Notes under the pieces: generated by a model
Seen by the model: only the letters and a program-made list of their open reading frames with translations
Database searches by the model: none
What the model was told of the DNA's origin: nothing
Program-made: the position numbers and the translations under genes
Origin: Takakia lepidozioides
Lineage: Eukaryota; Plantae; Bryophyta
Length of the DNA stretch: 64,000 nucleotides
Reading direction: 5' to 3'
NCBI GenBank assembly: GCA_030704615.1
Contig: CM060734.1
Span: forward strand, 59,954,001 to 60,018,000
Shown: positions 12,901-29,787 of the stretch, one piece after another
How positions within the stretch are numbered: the stretch's first letter is position 1
How the letters are laid out: every line of letters begins with the position of its first letter

Positions 12901-15884
12901 AGTGGAAAAATTTAGTGAGCCCCAGAGCTTTGCCCTTGCCAGTTTGAACAACTTTCCGGATATGTGCATCCCAATTACAATTGGAGGAGAACTCAACGCC
13001 CAGGTAAGTGTAGGAAGGGAGGACTGGGATCTCTTGGCTACCCCACTGCCACTTAAGATCACTTCCTCCCTCTCCTCTGTCGTTGAATGCTACCACTGCA
13101 CATTTGCTGACATTAGCCTCTAGCCCCCAAAGATCAAAGTATCTCTTTGCGCAATCAATCAATTCCTGGAGATTGGTTGGAGTCTCCCCTATGCCTGCGA
13201 AGTCATCCGCAAACATAAGGGCTGGTATGGTGGTATCACCCACCCTTAACCCAAATCCCTCACTTTCCACATCCTCGAGGAGTTGATTGATGAAAACATT
13301 GAAGAGTAGAGGGGAGAGAGTACATCCTTGAGCTACACCTTGGTCTATGTCAAAGAAGTTGGACTTCTGTCCGTTAACAGTGACACAGCTTTTGGTGTGA
13401 GCATACAAGTTGTGGACAACTCTCCACATCTTTCCCTTGATCCCACAAGACCAGAGGCGGAACCATAGGCCATCTCTCCACACTGTGTCATAAGCCTTTT
13501 TGACATCCAGGAAAAAGACATTAGTGGGTTTCCCTTCTTTTTTCCTTCCCTGGATAATCTGGCTTAGAGTGAAGATATGATCCACACAGCCCCTGTTTCG
13601 CCGAAAGCCAGCTTGGCCTTCGTGGAAACAACCTCTAGACTCCAGATCAACCTCGAGACGAGTACTGAGGAGCGTGATGCCACGGTAGTTCCCCGGTTCT
13701 TCTCTGTCACCCTTCTTGTATAGATTGACAATGACCCCCTGTCGCCAGCGAAAGGGGATCATTTCAGTCTTCCAGGTAAGGTTAAAGAGGAGAACTAGGG
13801 CCTCTATCATGGGATCGCCACCGTGCTTGATAAGCTCATTGACAATACCATCATGTCCACCAGCTTTATATCCATTTAAATGTTCAATTTCATCCACAAT
13901 CTCAGAAGAACTAATGGGAGCATTATAAGCCATTGAAATATACTCCAGTTCATCAGGGCTGTTTTGAATCATAGGAACAGTCTTTCCAACTGTGTCCCTC
14001 CATTCAGCAGAAGACCCCTCACTGTTAGACCTAGAAGTTCTGCCAAGGATACTGTAGTGAGTTTCAAAAGTTTTGACAATGTCAACCGATGAAGTCACCA
14101 CTGCACCTTTAGTAGTCTTCAGCGCTTGTACTTGCTGACCGTTTTTCGGCTTGTACAAACGTTGAAGGGCCAACCAGAATTTCTTGTCATTACCACCATG
14201 GTGGTTTGAGTTCATTTCACTGTATAACTTGTCCCAGTATAATTTCTTCTAAGACCTAACAAGCTGATTGATATCTTTACGGAGCGGGTAGTACCTCGCC
14301 CACAATTCTCTGTTGGTTTCCAAATTGCAGCACTCTTTATAGAGGGCTCGTCTCTCAGCTATCTTGAGTTTAATCTCATTAGTCCACCAATTAACTGCTC
14401 TACCGCAGACAATTAGTTTCCTCCCAATGATCTTGTCAGCCACGGAGGAAACGAAACTCTCCCAAGAGTCCACTGCCCTTTCGACTTCATTTCTTGCGTT
14501 AACAGAGCGTGACTGAAGTTCTTGGAGCGATGTACTGCTAGAGAGACAATATGAAAGATCAAGTGTTCAAGAAACTTGCCCCACAAGAATATCATAATAA
14601 GCAACCAGCCAATGGTCAAAGAGAGTTACTTGTTAAACTCAGTCCGATTGAGAGCATCTTTATCCTCATCACAAATGAGAAACTGCTCCTTCCACCAGCC
14701 AGCACCACCATGATCCATGCTGTTTTTCTCTGGTGAAAATCAACCGGCTATCATAATTCCATCCCCATAAAAACGGACCTTATTAAACCATGGACGCAAA
14801 CTCATCAACCCTTGACTGACGGCAAGAAGAAAACATCAAGCCTGCTCGACTGAAGTTGTATCATCTACCAAGGTTCTGAACCAAATAATCTGTCCTATTA
14901 CCCAGTGATTGGTGCACATATCCAATCTATCCATGATTCATAAACAATCATAATTGTGGTCAATTACATACCTAACTCCTCTTCAGACAGATTTGGGAGA
15001 TACTCCTTGAAAGTAATAAGGCCATCATGATTTGTATCATGCATCTCCATTTCTCGGTCTGTTCGATGCTGTGTCGCTTTCACCCCTTGCTGCCAATGCC
15101 AGTCTCGCAGCTCTGTGATACTTACAAATCCATCACGTGGGTTTGAGTCAAGTTGTGGGAATAGCACAGTAAGGCGGTCAGTTATGTTGAATTGGTCCTC
15201 ATCATTCAAGAAATCCTCTGGATCATCATAGTCTGGATCTTCTTCCCATGGTAGTGGCTGTGGCTCTGGCTCCACTACCTGCCAGCAAGAGAAGACAAGG
15301 CAGCAAATTTGACTTTACTAACAGTACAAGAACTCAAGCGTCTGACAAGCTTCTCTGTGAAGGGTCAAATGTCATGAATCCTACCGGGAACTGACATCCA
15401 GATGGCAACTACTATGTTGCAACAAAGTAGCACCGGAAAATCTGTTTGGTCAACTTTTTGTACAAGTAGATTAAACAAAACTGTTGATCTTTTTTATTTT
15501 TGATTGTGCACTACTTGATGAAGGAGGATCCAAAACCTTATCAGTCGGTTGATGATGCACAGGGTCGACAAGAGGCTGTGAATCAGGTTTCTGATGCCCA
15601 TTTTCCCCCCATTCCTTATATCGTTGCTCAAAATACTGCTTCTCCCATGCCCGATCTTCCCGACGTCTCTCATACTCAGCAACCACAGGATCAAACGCTA
15701 CACGATCATGCCTCTTGCTGGAATCTACAGGACCACTTCTCAGTTTTAACCGCCTTCCTGGCATAAATCTTCGATTTTTCCTTGATTTAGGATGGGAAGG
15801 GTGATTTGAGAATAGAACAAGGGCCATGAAGGCCACCACCAGGAGCATGTAAGCCAAGCCTGCCCTGTTTGATGAGGTCTCCAT
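9950..15884 (-). CDS. Calumenin/reticulocalbin-like (CREC family) multi-EF-hand secretory-pathway Ca2+-binding protein, multi-exon
   Basis: N-terminal hydrophobic anchor (LAYMLLVVAFMALVLF); EF-hand loops DSNPRDGFVSITE, DTNHDGLITFKE, DSNNDGKLNLQE, DTNQDG, DENKDKRLTLEE; FLHPEDS motif; C-terminal HDEFR. Confidence 0.88.
11440..11527 (+). mobile_element. Possible tRNA-derived SINE head / degenerate Pol III unit in a calumenin-gene intron
   Basis: A-box-like TGGCCCAATGG and B-box-like GGTTCAAAGCC at tRNA-like spacing, flanked by the inverted repeat ACATCCAACA...TGTTGGATGT. No proper cloverleaf and no TSD found. Confidence 0.35.
11866..14530 (-). mobile_element. 5'-truncated non-LTR retrotransposon (RTE/RTEX-like LINE) in a calumenin-gene intron, with frameshifted RT
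   Basis: ORF 12788-14215 has RT motifs (YKKGDREEPGNYRGITLLS, QAGFR, FLDVKKAYDTV, QGCTLSPLLF, FADD). C-terminal CPLC..EDSIHFLIHC zinc finger in ORF 11872-12510. Perfect 14-bp TSD TGTACTGCTAGAGA at 11852-11865 and 14531-14544. Confidence 0.92.
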
Positions 15885-17498
15885 TCTCCCTTCCTCCTCC
15901 TCCAATGTCTTTTGCCTAGTGCAACTTAAAACCTTGTGCCTAGATGGGTACTCTGATCAACACCGACAGACAAATCATGATTCATCTCCATGCGGAGAAC
16001 TTGAGAGCGACACACCATATTGCAGGGCTTCCACCCTGCATAATGCAACCCAACATTCAGTGCCCTATCCTCTGCATTGCAATTGAGGTCATCACAAAAG
16101 GACTGTGGAGATAGGGCAGAAAGTATCTACCACAAAATAAGGAGAGGGAGAGATAGAGTTCACAATAGAGCTCAGGGAGTCACGACCCGGGGTGTTTCAA
16201 GCATGGCTGATTCAAGCGGAGGAAGTCGCAGAGTCTACTGCTAATTTTCGAAATCGACCAAGTTGTTGGGTGTTGTTTACGTCCAACATTCCCACTCTAA
16301 GTGTGACAGTGATGGTTGGGTAACCACATTCACGCGCCACCGCATACCAGCATTCAAAGTCACAGCCGATAGAGAACCCGAACGGCACAAACCAAACATA
16401 CCCCAGCCAGTAATTTCAAGATCCTGGATCTCACCATGTTTACTCCAAAGGAAAGAATCTTCAAAAGCCGCATCTTACCTCAACTTGTCCCTGCTCCTTC
16501 AGCCTTAATTCCTCATCTCCTCCACAGATGACGGGCGACTGAGTGACAGCAATGGAATCTGTCTAACGATCCTCACCTCCCTCCACACCGTCTTGCACAC
16601 ACAATGCGAGGCCGCCTTCTATATGAATCCCTCCCCCTCAGCCCTCTACTTACTCAGGTAACAGTGCCACAGACTGAGGCCCCGGAATTGTACACAGATC
16701 CGCAACCCCGAAAAAATGTGCCCTCTCCTCTCACCATGGATTGCACAGAACTCTACTTCTTCAACTCCTGTGCAAGAATGCAGCAAAAGAAAGGTGCTCT
16801 TCCATCAAACGCTTCACAGATCCCAGAACTCTCGCACTGCAATCAACCCCCTGCACTCAAAATTTCCTCGTAACATTTCCTTTGCCCTTCCAATTCTTCG
16901 TTCGTTGCCGAATCTGTCCTTCACCCCCGCACGCACGCGCAAGAAACCGCCCTCCGAAACTTCGGCCTGCAAAACGCACGCCGCTTTTCTGTAACTAGGG
17001 TTAACTTCTGCGTAGATACATGGGCGCGGCCCTTTCCCGCGCAACAAAACATATTTCTATATTTATTTGAATATTTCATGTAACCGCAAGGCCCATGTAC
17101 CCCTGGCAGGGTGGATATCCGTGACGCACCGGAAATATCTATTGCAGCGGTATATATGGATGGATGGATTGTACGATGTCCTGGTTACGAAAGTAAAGGT
17201 AACGGATGATGGAGTACGATAGAGGATGATAAACATCTTCATCCACGATAAAGGCCAGGAAACCAGCGCGGGGTGAGGGTGCGCTAACCAGGGTTAGATC
17301 TTATCCTGGCGGGCGCGATCCCATTTGTCCAAGTCGTGATAGCGCGCATGAGGCAGCCTGCGCTTCTCTTTCTCACTCTTCTCTTCTCTGTCGCCGCCAT
17401 CGCTCATCGATCTCTCTCACTCTTGTCTAGTGATTGCTGTGATTGCTGTGATTGCTGTGGAGGCATTGCAATTGCATTCGGTGCGAGGAAGAGGAGAA

Positions 17499-18802
17499 AT
17501 GGCGGCGGTAGCGTGTAGCAGTGTGTTTTCGGTGCAGTGTGCTGCGGGGCAGAGGCAGAGTGGGAAGAAGGCCGTTGCTTGTCCGACATTCGAGGGCCTT
17601 TCAAGTCGCTCGCTTGCTCTGAGAAGAACAGAATCCGTCGACCTTAATGCCGAGCTGGAGAGCAAGAGGCCCGAAAGCCGGTCTACTACAGTGTGTGCGC
17701 TCAAGGACCTGAGGGATCGCATTCAGACCGTCAAGAACACTCAGAAGATTACTGATGCCATGAAGCTGGTGGCTGCTGCCAAGGTGCGGAGGGCGCAAGA
17801 GGCTGTGGTGAACGGTCGGCCTTTCTCAGAGAACCTTGTGAAGGTTCTGTTTAACGTCAACGCGCAGCTGCAGAATGAGGACATCGACATCCCTTTGACT
17901 CAAGTAAGCTGCTTTCCGCGACATTGCACTAAATTTGGAGTTGATTCTTTCCATTCGGCGTCAGTGTGAGAGTGTGCGAGCATTTACCTCTTCTTCAACC
18001 TCGCTGACAACTAGATACCCTTTTGGAACGTTACTTGCAGATAAGGCCCGTGAAGAAAATTGCTTTGGTAGTTATCACGGGCGACCGAGGCCTCTGCGGA
18101 GGATTCAACAACTATGTCCTCAAGAAGGCCGAGGAGCGGATGAGACAGTTGAGGGCGATTGGTGTAGAGTATACAGTTGTCAGCATTGGAAAGAAGGGAA
18201 ACAGCTATTTTAAGAGAAGGGAATATATCCCTGTTGACAGGTTTCTTGACGCCGGAAGCGCTCCAACCACTTCGGAAGCTCAAGCTATAGCTGATGAGCT
18301 CTTTTCTTTGTTCGTGAGTGAGGACGTGGACAAGGTGGAGCTGCTGTACACCAGATTCCTGTCTCTAATAAAGGCAGATCCTGTTATTCACACCCTCCTC
18401 CCTTTGTCTCCTCAAGGAGAGGTCTGTGATATCAATGGAAACTGTGTGGATGCTGCCGACGACGAGATGTTCAGGTTGACCACCAAGGAGGGCAAGTTCA
18501 CTGTGGAGGTGGACACCACAAGGACTGAGACACCTGAGTTCACAGGAGTTCTTCAGTTTGAGCAAGAGCCTGTGCAAATATTGGATGCGTTGTTGCCTTT
18601 GTACCTTAACAGTCAGATTCTTCGAGCCTTGCAAGAGTCAATTGCCAGTGAGCTGGCTGCTCGTATGAATGCTATGAGTAACGCCAGTGAAAATGCTTCG
18701 GATTTGAAGAAGTCTCTCTCCACCTCTTACAACAGACAACGCCAAGCTAAGATTACTGGAGAGATTTTGGAAATTGTTGCAGGCTCCAATGTTACAGTCT
18801 AA
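17499..18802 (+). CDS. atpC: Chloroplast ATP synthase gamma subunit with transit peptide; exons 17499-17903 and 18041-18802
   Basis: [45 protein letters not shown], redox-regulatory [26 protein letters not shown]; one GT-AG intron. Confidence 0.97.
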
Positions 18803-21800
18803 GCTACACGTCTCTTTTTTTTTTTTGCTGAACCTATTTATTGTACACTAGTTGGTAGAGTAGAAGAAGCGGCTTGCAAGCAAATTCTTTCTTCCAGCCT
18901 GTAATAAGCCAACCAGGGAAGAATTGTCCACGATTGTAATGAGACATTGTCTGCAGTTTTAATGAGACGGTCTCCGCTTCATGTAAACATCAATTGGGAT
19001 GTTATCTTTGTACTATCAAGTGTCTAACCCTGACTGCTGATTAGAGCAGCCATTCTCAAGGAAGGCTCAGAGTTTGTAAACTCGATGGAAATTGCAAGTT
19101 CCATTAACCTGTTGAGACACCCAGGATAGAATTATGTTTCAAGTCATTTTTTGCACTGTCCTCCAATTCCTGCATACTTGGAAGGAAAATCAGGCTTAAG
19201 GAATAAAATTGACAGATGGAAATTTTGAGGAAGCAATCAACGAATACGTGTGATTCAGCATTGTCTTGTGCTATTTTATGCTATTCTTGTATCTCCGTAT
19301 GTGAAATTTTAAACATGTCTCCCCCTTCCAGCTGCCCTCGTTGTCCTTGAGCCCTTTGGGCCTCCCACGGATGGAATATATTCCTTCACCATGCTTTCTT
19401 CTCCAAGTCTGGTTGGTTGTGGGGTGTTGCAGAGTGAGAAAAGAGGTGCCAGTCTACATAGTGCTGGGTCATTCCCTCGCACAGGACAACTTCTGTTGGT
19501 GCATCTGCAGTTTTGCAGAAGGAATGGGCTGCCTACATCAATCCATGAAGCCATGCAATAACAGGTGACTGTAGTTTCCGTGTTGCATTATTGTTTTGTG
19601 GATATGGGTTTTGGCTCTGAAGGGGCCGTGTCCCAATTCCTGGGTGGAAAGTCTTGTCTGTGTGGGTAACATCACCGCCAAAATGGAGAGTCCCTAATCC
19701 CAGATTCCGCATTGAAAGCAGGGAAAAGGATTTGAATGGATTGTCCATTGTGGGTCCTGGGATAGTTTGCAACATTGAAGGCCCAGGAAGTTACTGAGAT
19801 GAGGAGAAAGAAGAAAGAATTTTTTGAATGTCCACAGAGGGTCACATGGACCCATGGGACAGGGTAGAGCAACCCAAGAAAGAGAGTGGATTAGTAGGCA
19901 AGTCAGATCTACATTAAATGTTGCCGAAGCAGCGCTTTCGAGCTCAATTTTTTTTTTGACTAGAGCCCTCAGTAGATATGCGTTCCAGTCAGTAGGGAGG
20001 GATAAAGTCGAAAGGAAAAGAGAATGCTATTGTAGACTTGACATTAGTAGCTCAATGCCATCCTACCCAGTGTCTGGTTTTGGTGACAAAGCTGTGCAGG
20101 GAAAACTGGTTAACTCAGAAAGTGGATTTGTGCGGAGGGTGGATCGGAGCACCCTAACTGCAGATACCACTATCTTTTGAGCTGCTGGTGTTTGATTGAA
20201 GGCAAGGTCTCACTGCCAGGAAATCAAACCGGTGATTCTTCAGTCTCCTTCCCTCTCTCGATATACTGTGTTGTTGAGTGGGCTAGTCCATGGTTGGGAG
20301 GGCAGATTATCACTGCTTTCTGTATCCTTTGGCCTTAGTTGGCTGACCCAATAAAAACCTGTTTGCATAGACCCTCTCAACATTCTCTGCTGATATCTTG
20401 TCCAAATCTGCACCCATGATAACATCCAAGAGTATAAATAGAGGGTTACCAGGCTTTGCGTTGCTTTATGAGAACATGAGTTGTGTAGTTTGTGGTGTCC
20501 TTGCTTCTATTTGAGACAGGCTTCAGCAGAAGAAATAGAGGGTAAGTTCCAAGTAGGATTATAGTTCTCTTGTAGGCCTTACAATGAACATGTAAGGTCT
20601 CTTCTAGTTTCATTTTGGTGGGAAAAGTGGGTGCTCTTTTTCCGATTTTTTCTCTTCCTCGGTATCTCCTAATTGCCCCACTATCAAAAATTGCAGCTCC
20701 ATGACAGTTCAAGAACTCAAGATAGGCTGCTGCCAGCCTATGTTTTGGGTACATGGCATGCTGGCCCTGTCTTCAGCACTTGCATAAGTGCTAACCAGGT
20801 GCGTATCAGCTGTGTGCCACCGTAGTTTGCAATTTCTGAGTATACTCTGGTTCGTCAAGACCCCACCACTGCCTCCAGGACGGTACATGTTTCTCTTGGC
20901 AGGTGGTGCTCATGCAAGATGAAGTACAGCAGGCTGGCTGCAAGGAGCTGAGGCAGATATAGTTAACACCAAGTACATGGTTTGCCACAGTGCATAATGG
21001 CTTCCAAGTGAGTTATGGTTCTCAAATAGCAGTGAAGGCTTTCCAGGAAAGGTGGCTCATGTCTCCTGTATTCGCTTGAATTCTTTGCAATATAACAGGA
21101 AGTAGTTAAAGTGGCGCTTAAGGATTTGGATTTCCATATTTGACGGATATATTCATCCATGTGAGAATCATGCTGTAGAAATGGTTTGAAGCTATTGATG
21201 AAAATATGGATGATCCACTGGCGTTGTCTGGTGCTTCTTTTTATCCTTCTGAATCATTTTCTTCCTTCCAATCTCTACTTTCAGAAGAGAAAATGAAGTT
21301 ACAAACGAAGGATTTCAATAGGGGTAGGTTTTCGGATCGTCACATAACGACTACAAAACTACAGGGAATGACAACTACCCATGTTTCTCCCCTACCCATT
21401 GTTACACATCCATGACATAAAATTTGGGGCTGGTGATGGCAAAGATATATGTTTGCTGTAGCAGTCTGCTCAACAGTCAAGCATCGCCACAGCCCTAGGG
21501 TGTCATTGACTATACAACACTTGCTATAAACTGCAAAACAGGTCACCTAATGTGGTGGACAGATGGGGATTGTCAAGTAATATGGCTGTTCGAAAGTTTC
21601 CACCTCCCAAATGGAAGGCGGCAGCCTTTGTGGCTTAAGAGTCACCATAGAACATGCTTCCCTTAGCAGGGCCTCAGCCTGTGCTCAAGGCCGAACACCC
21701 TATGGAAGGACCTCACCAGTACAAGTTGGTGCAAATTTCCACACATTACTGCATTAAACACCTACAGATTCATTGCAAGAATCTAGCTCAACCATTCAAG

Positions 21801-22131
21801 AGCCAATAGTGAACAGCCAAAGAAATCAAGTGATAAAATCATTGTGATGATAAACTTCCACATGTTCGCATCTTGATACTTTATTGTACTCATAATCAGC
21901 TTACCCAGAATGTGGTTGAAATTCTCTATAAAGTCTAAAACTGCTTTCAAAATTTGATGTTGAGAGAGAGCAACATTTGCTGCTCTCTTCATTAGTCTAG
22001 TTATCACAGCTGACCGCAATGGTTCACTTTTCTGCTTGTCTTGCTGTTGTGTACTCTTGTGTCTCTGTAGCGAAGACAATTGTTCTCTGGCAATGCAAGG
22101 GTGGGACTGAAAGCATTGCACTGTGATGCAC

Positions 22132-27496
<5,365 letters not shown>

Positions 27497-28844
27497 TTTT
27501 AACGATCACGCTCTCCTTCCTGCAAAAAGAAGCTTCCGCCTATGAGAATGACCGAAAGAGGAAGCCTCAAAAGCCCCTTTGAAACAAAATGAAGAAGGAT
27601 CCAACGACCAAAATCTAAAACACGCGGGTCCTTTCTCGGATGTCATGTACTAATTGTAAAGCAAAAACACAATCTGTCATCAAAACATCACACCTCAGAA
27701 AAAGACGTGGTTCCTTCCTGCAAACGCTTGAGAGACAGAAGCAAGGGTGAGATGAGACAGAGGACAGAGACGACAACTTGAAATAAGCAGAATAAGTTGA
27801 GTGAAGCAGGCCATGGAGATCTCATACCTAGCACGGTGCGATCGGGGTTGAGAATCGTCGATCGATCCAGAGCAACACGGATGGCGGGCACGCTTCCTTC
27901 TTGTTCGCGAGAGCGACGGGCGGGGACACCCATGAGCACGACGGGCCGTCCAATGCACCGTCGACGGCGACCGTTGTGAGTATCCGGGACCCAGGACGGC
28001 CTTTCCAGGCCACCGGAACACGCATACCCACCTGAATTGTCTAGAGCTCCGATTTGGTAATTACCTTGAACATATTATTTTGGTATGCACGTACTAAACT
28101 GAATCATTCAACTCTTTGCCGCCTTCAGCAAATCCTGGGGAAAAGATTTTGTGTTCTGCAGGAGAATTGATGACACTAGTATTAGAGTTATCCGTAAAGT
28201 GAGCCTGAGTTTGGTACCCTGTTTGGACCCCATTTACGGGTTTCATCCTGAGTTTGAGTTAATCCGTAAAGTGCAGAGCACGAAGTCAGAAAAGAGGGCA
28301 CCAAATCATAAATTGGGGATGAGGGCAACCGTTGCTATGGCGCGAGCTCGTGAGCTCTGACCACCTCCGCCTCGACGACTAACAAAACTCGGCACCAAAC
28401 TCCTGCCACCCCCATTTTCCTAGTTTGGTCCCGTGTTTTTTTTTAGTCGTACCGCTTGATCCTGAGTACCCGTCTATGCGGAGGCACTCGCAGCAAGCAT
28501 GTCCGTTCATGGCACCCACAGTCCAACCATCGACGGCCGTGGTAGAAGACGTGGTGTTGGGGCCGGAATCTTTGTGGATGACATAGCACATGAGGTCGAT
28601 TCTGATTCTGATGACTGTGACACTTGATATCAAGTTTTCTTTTACTTTTATTCGGGGCCAATTTTGAAATGGGATGGTTGTGTGTCTTTGTTGTCATGTT
28701 TGCAATGTGTGCATTGGATGCAAATTCCTGGGAACAAACTATCGTTGGAGATGGGGGTTGCATGGACTGCCCGGATTGTTCCTTCAATCTCTTTGGTTTG
28801 GGCAGTGCATTCTCGCATCATTTGATGTTGGTCTCCAAACCATT

Positions 28845-29010
28845 TGTCGTGCGCATACATATCGCTACACAACTACATCGCTGTCCAAAACCACACAACA
28901 CATGTGCACACCACACACTAGTATACCACTAGTCCAACCACTAGGCTACAACTAGTCAGTCACTAGGCTGCCACTATGTTGCCCACTATGGCAGTCACTA
29001 GTTCACACAA
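28845..29010 (-). repeat. LTR segment A (terminal copy, element 3' end)
   Basis: Direct repeat of 29340-29528 with a few substitutions; the internal copy carries about 23 extra bp of CCACTAGTCC units. Confidence 0.93.
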
Positions 29011-29337
29011 TGATAAAGAAGAAGAATACAAGCACAAGCTCATGCGAGCTCACAAAGCTGAAGCATAAACTCAGGCATATATAACCTCATCACTCAAATA
29101 CAAGTCAAGCCAAGTGCACCCCACGCCATGGGGAATCCACACTACGGCGCCATAGCTAGGCGCGGTGAGGCTCAACTCGAGAAAGATGAGCCTCCTGCAC
29201 TTGCCGTGAAGATAACCACTCCAGGGCCTAAATCTGCCTTGACCCCTGGATTGACACTTGGGCCAATCCCAAATGTCAATATGTGAAAGCTAGCTATTTC
29301 CTAGCTAGTTTCACACTAGTGGTAAAATAACTTGACA
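29011..29337 (-). repeat. LTR segment B (3' copy)
   Basis: TGATAAAG...CTTGACA; direct repeat of 40699-41024 with about 5 substitutions and 1 indel counted by eye. Confidence 0.95.
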
Positions 29338-29339
29338 GC

Positions 29340-29528
29340 TGTCGTGCGCATACATATCGCTACACAACTACATCGCTGTTCAAAACCACACAACACATGT
29401 GCACACCACACACTAGTATATCACTAGTCCACCACTAGTCCAGCCACTAGTCCAACCACTAGGCTACAACTAGTCAGTCACTAGGCTGCCACTATGCTGC
29501 CCACTATGGCAGTCACTAGTTCACACAA
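29340..29528 (-). repeat. LTR segment A' (internal copy, directly after the polypurine tract)
   Basis: Repeat of 28845-29010, joined to B through the dinucleotide GC (29338-29339) inside the palindrome GACAGCTGTC. Confidence 0.93.
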
Positions 29529-29538
29529 TCGCCCCCCT
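29529..29538 (-). other. Putative polypurine tract (plus-strand primer)
   Basis: Minus strand reads AGGGGGGCGA immediately before TTGTGTGAAC, the start of A'. Confidence 0.6.
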
Positions 29539-29787
29539 AGCTGGTGCTTAGGTCCCTATAAGTCCAGGTAGCCACAAGATGTGATAGTGACCATAGCCTC
29601 ACTAAGTCCTCCACCACTATCCCTACTACACTCAAACTCGATAGATCAAGAGGCCGGGTGCAAGAGTTGCCCCATCGTTAGTCGCCGTCCTGCAACCTGT
29701 GAACTTGAGCTTGGGATCTCATGTATTGACTCATATGAGCTTGGCCTCCCATGTCTTGTTAGCTGCCTCCAGTCATGTCCACTGCCA

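Noticed and set aside
19300-21700. Short ORFs between atpC and GAPCp
   Set aside because: No recognisable motifs or consistent exon chain; may be decayed repeat sequence, but I cannot support a call.
27690-28640. GC-rich patches and short ORFs upstream of GAPCp
   Set aside because: No identifiable protein motif, termini or TSD; could be promoter or TE relic.
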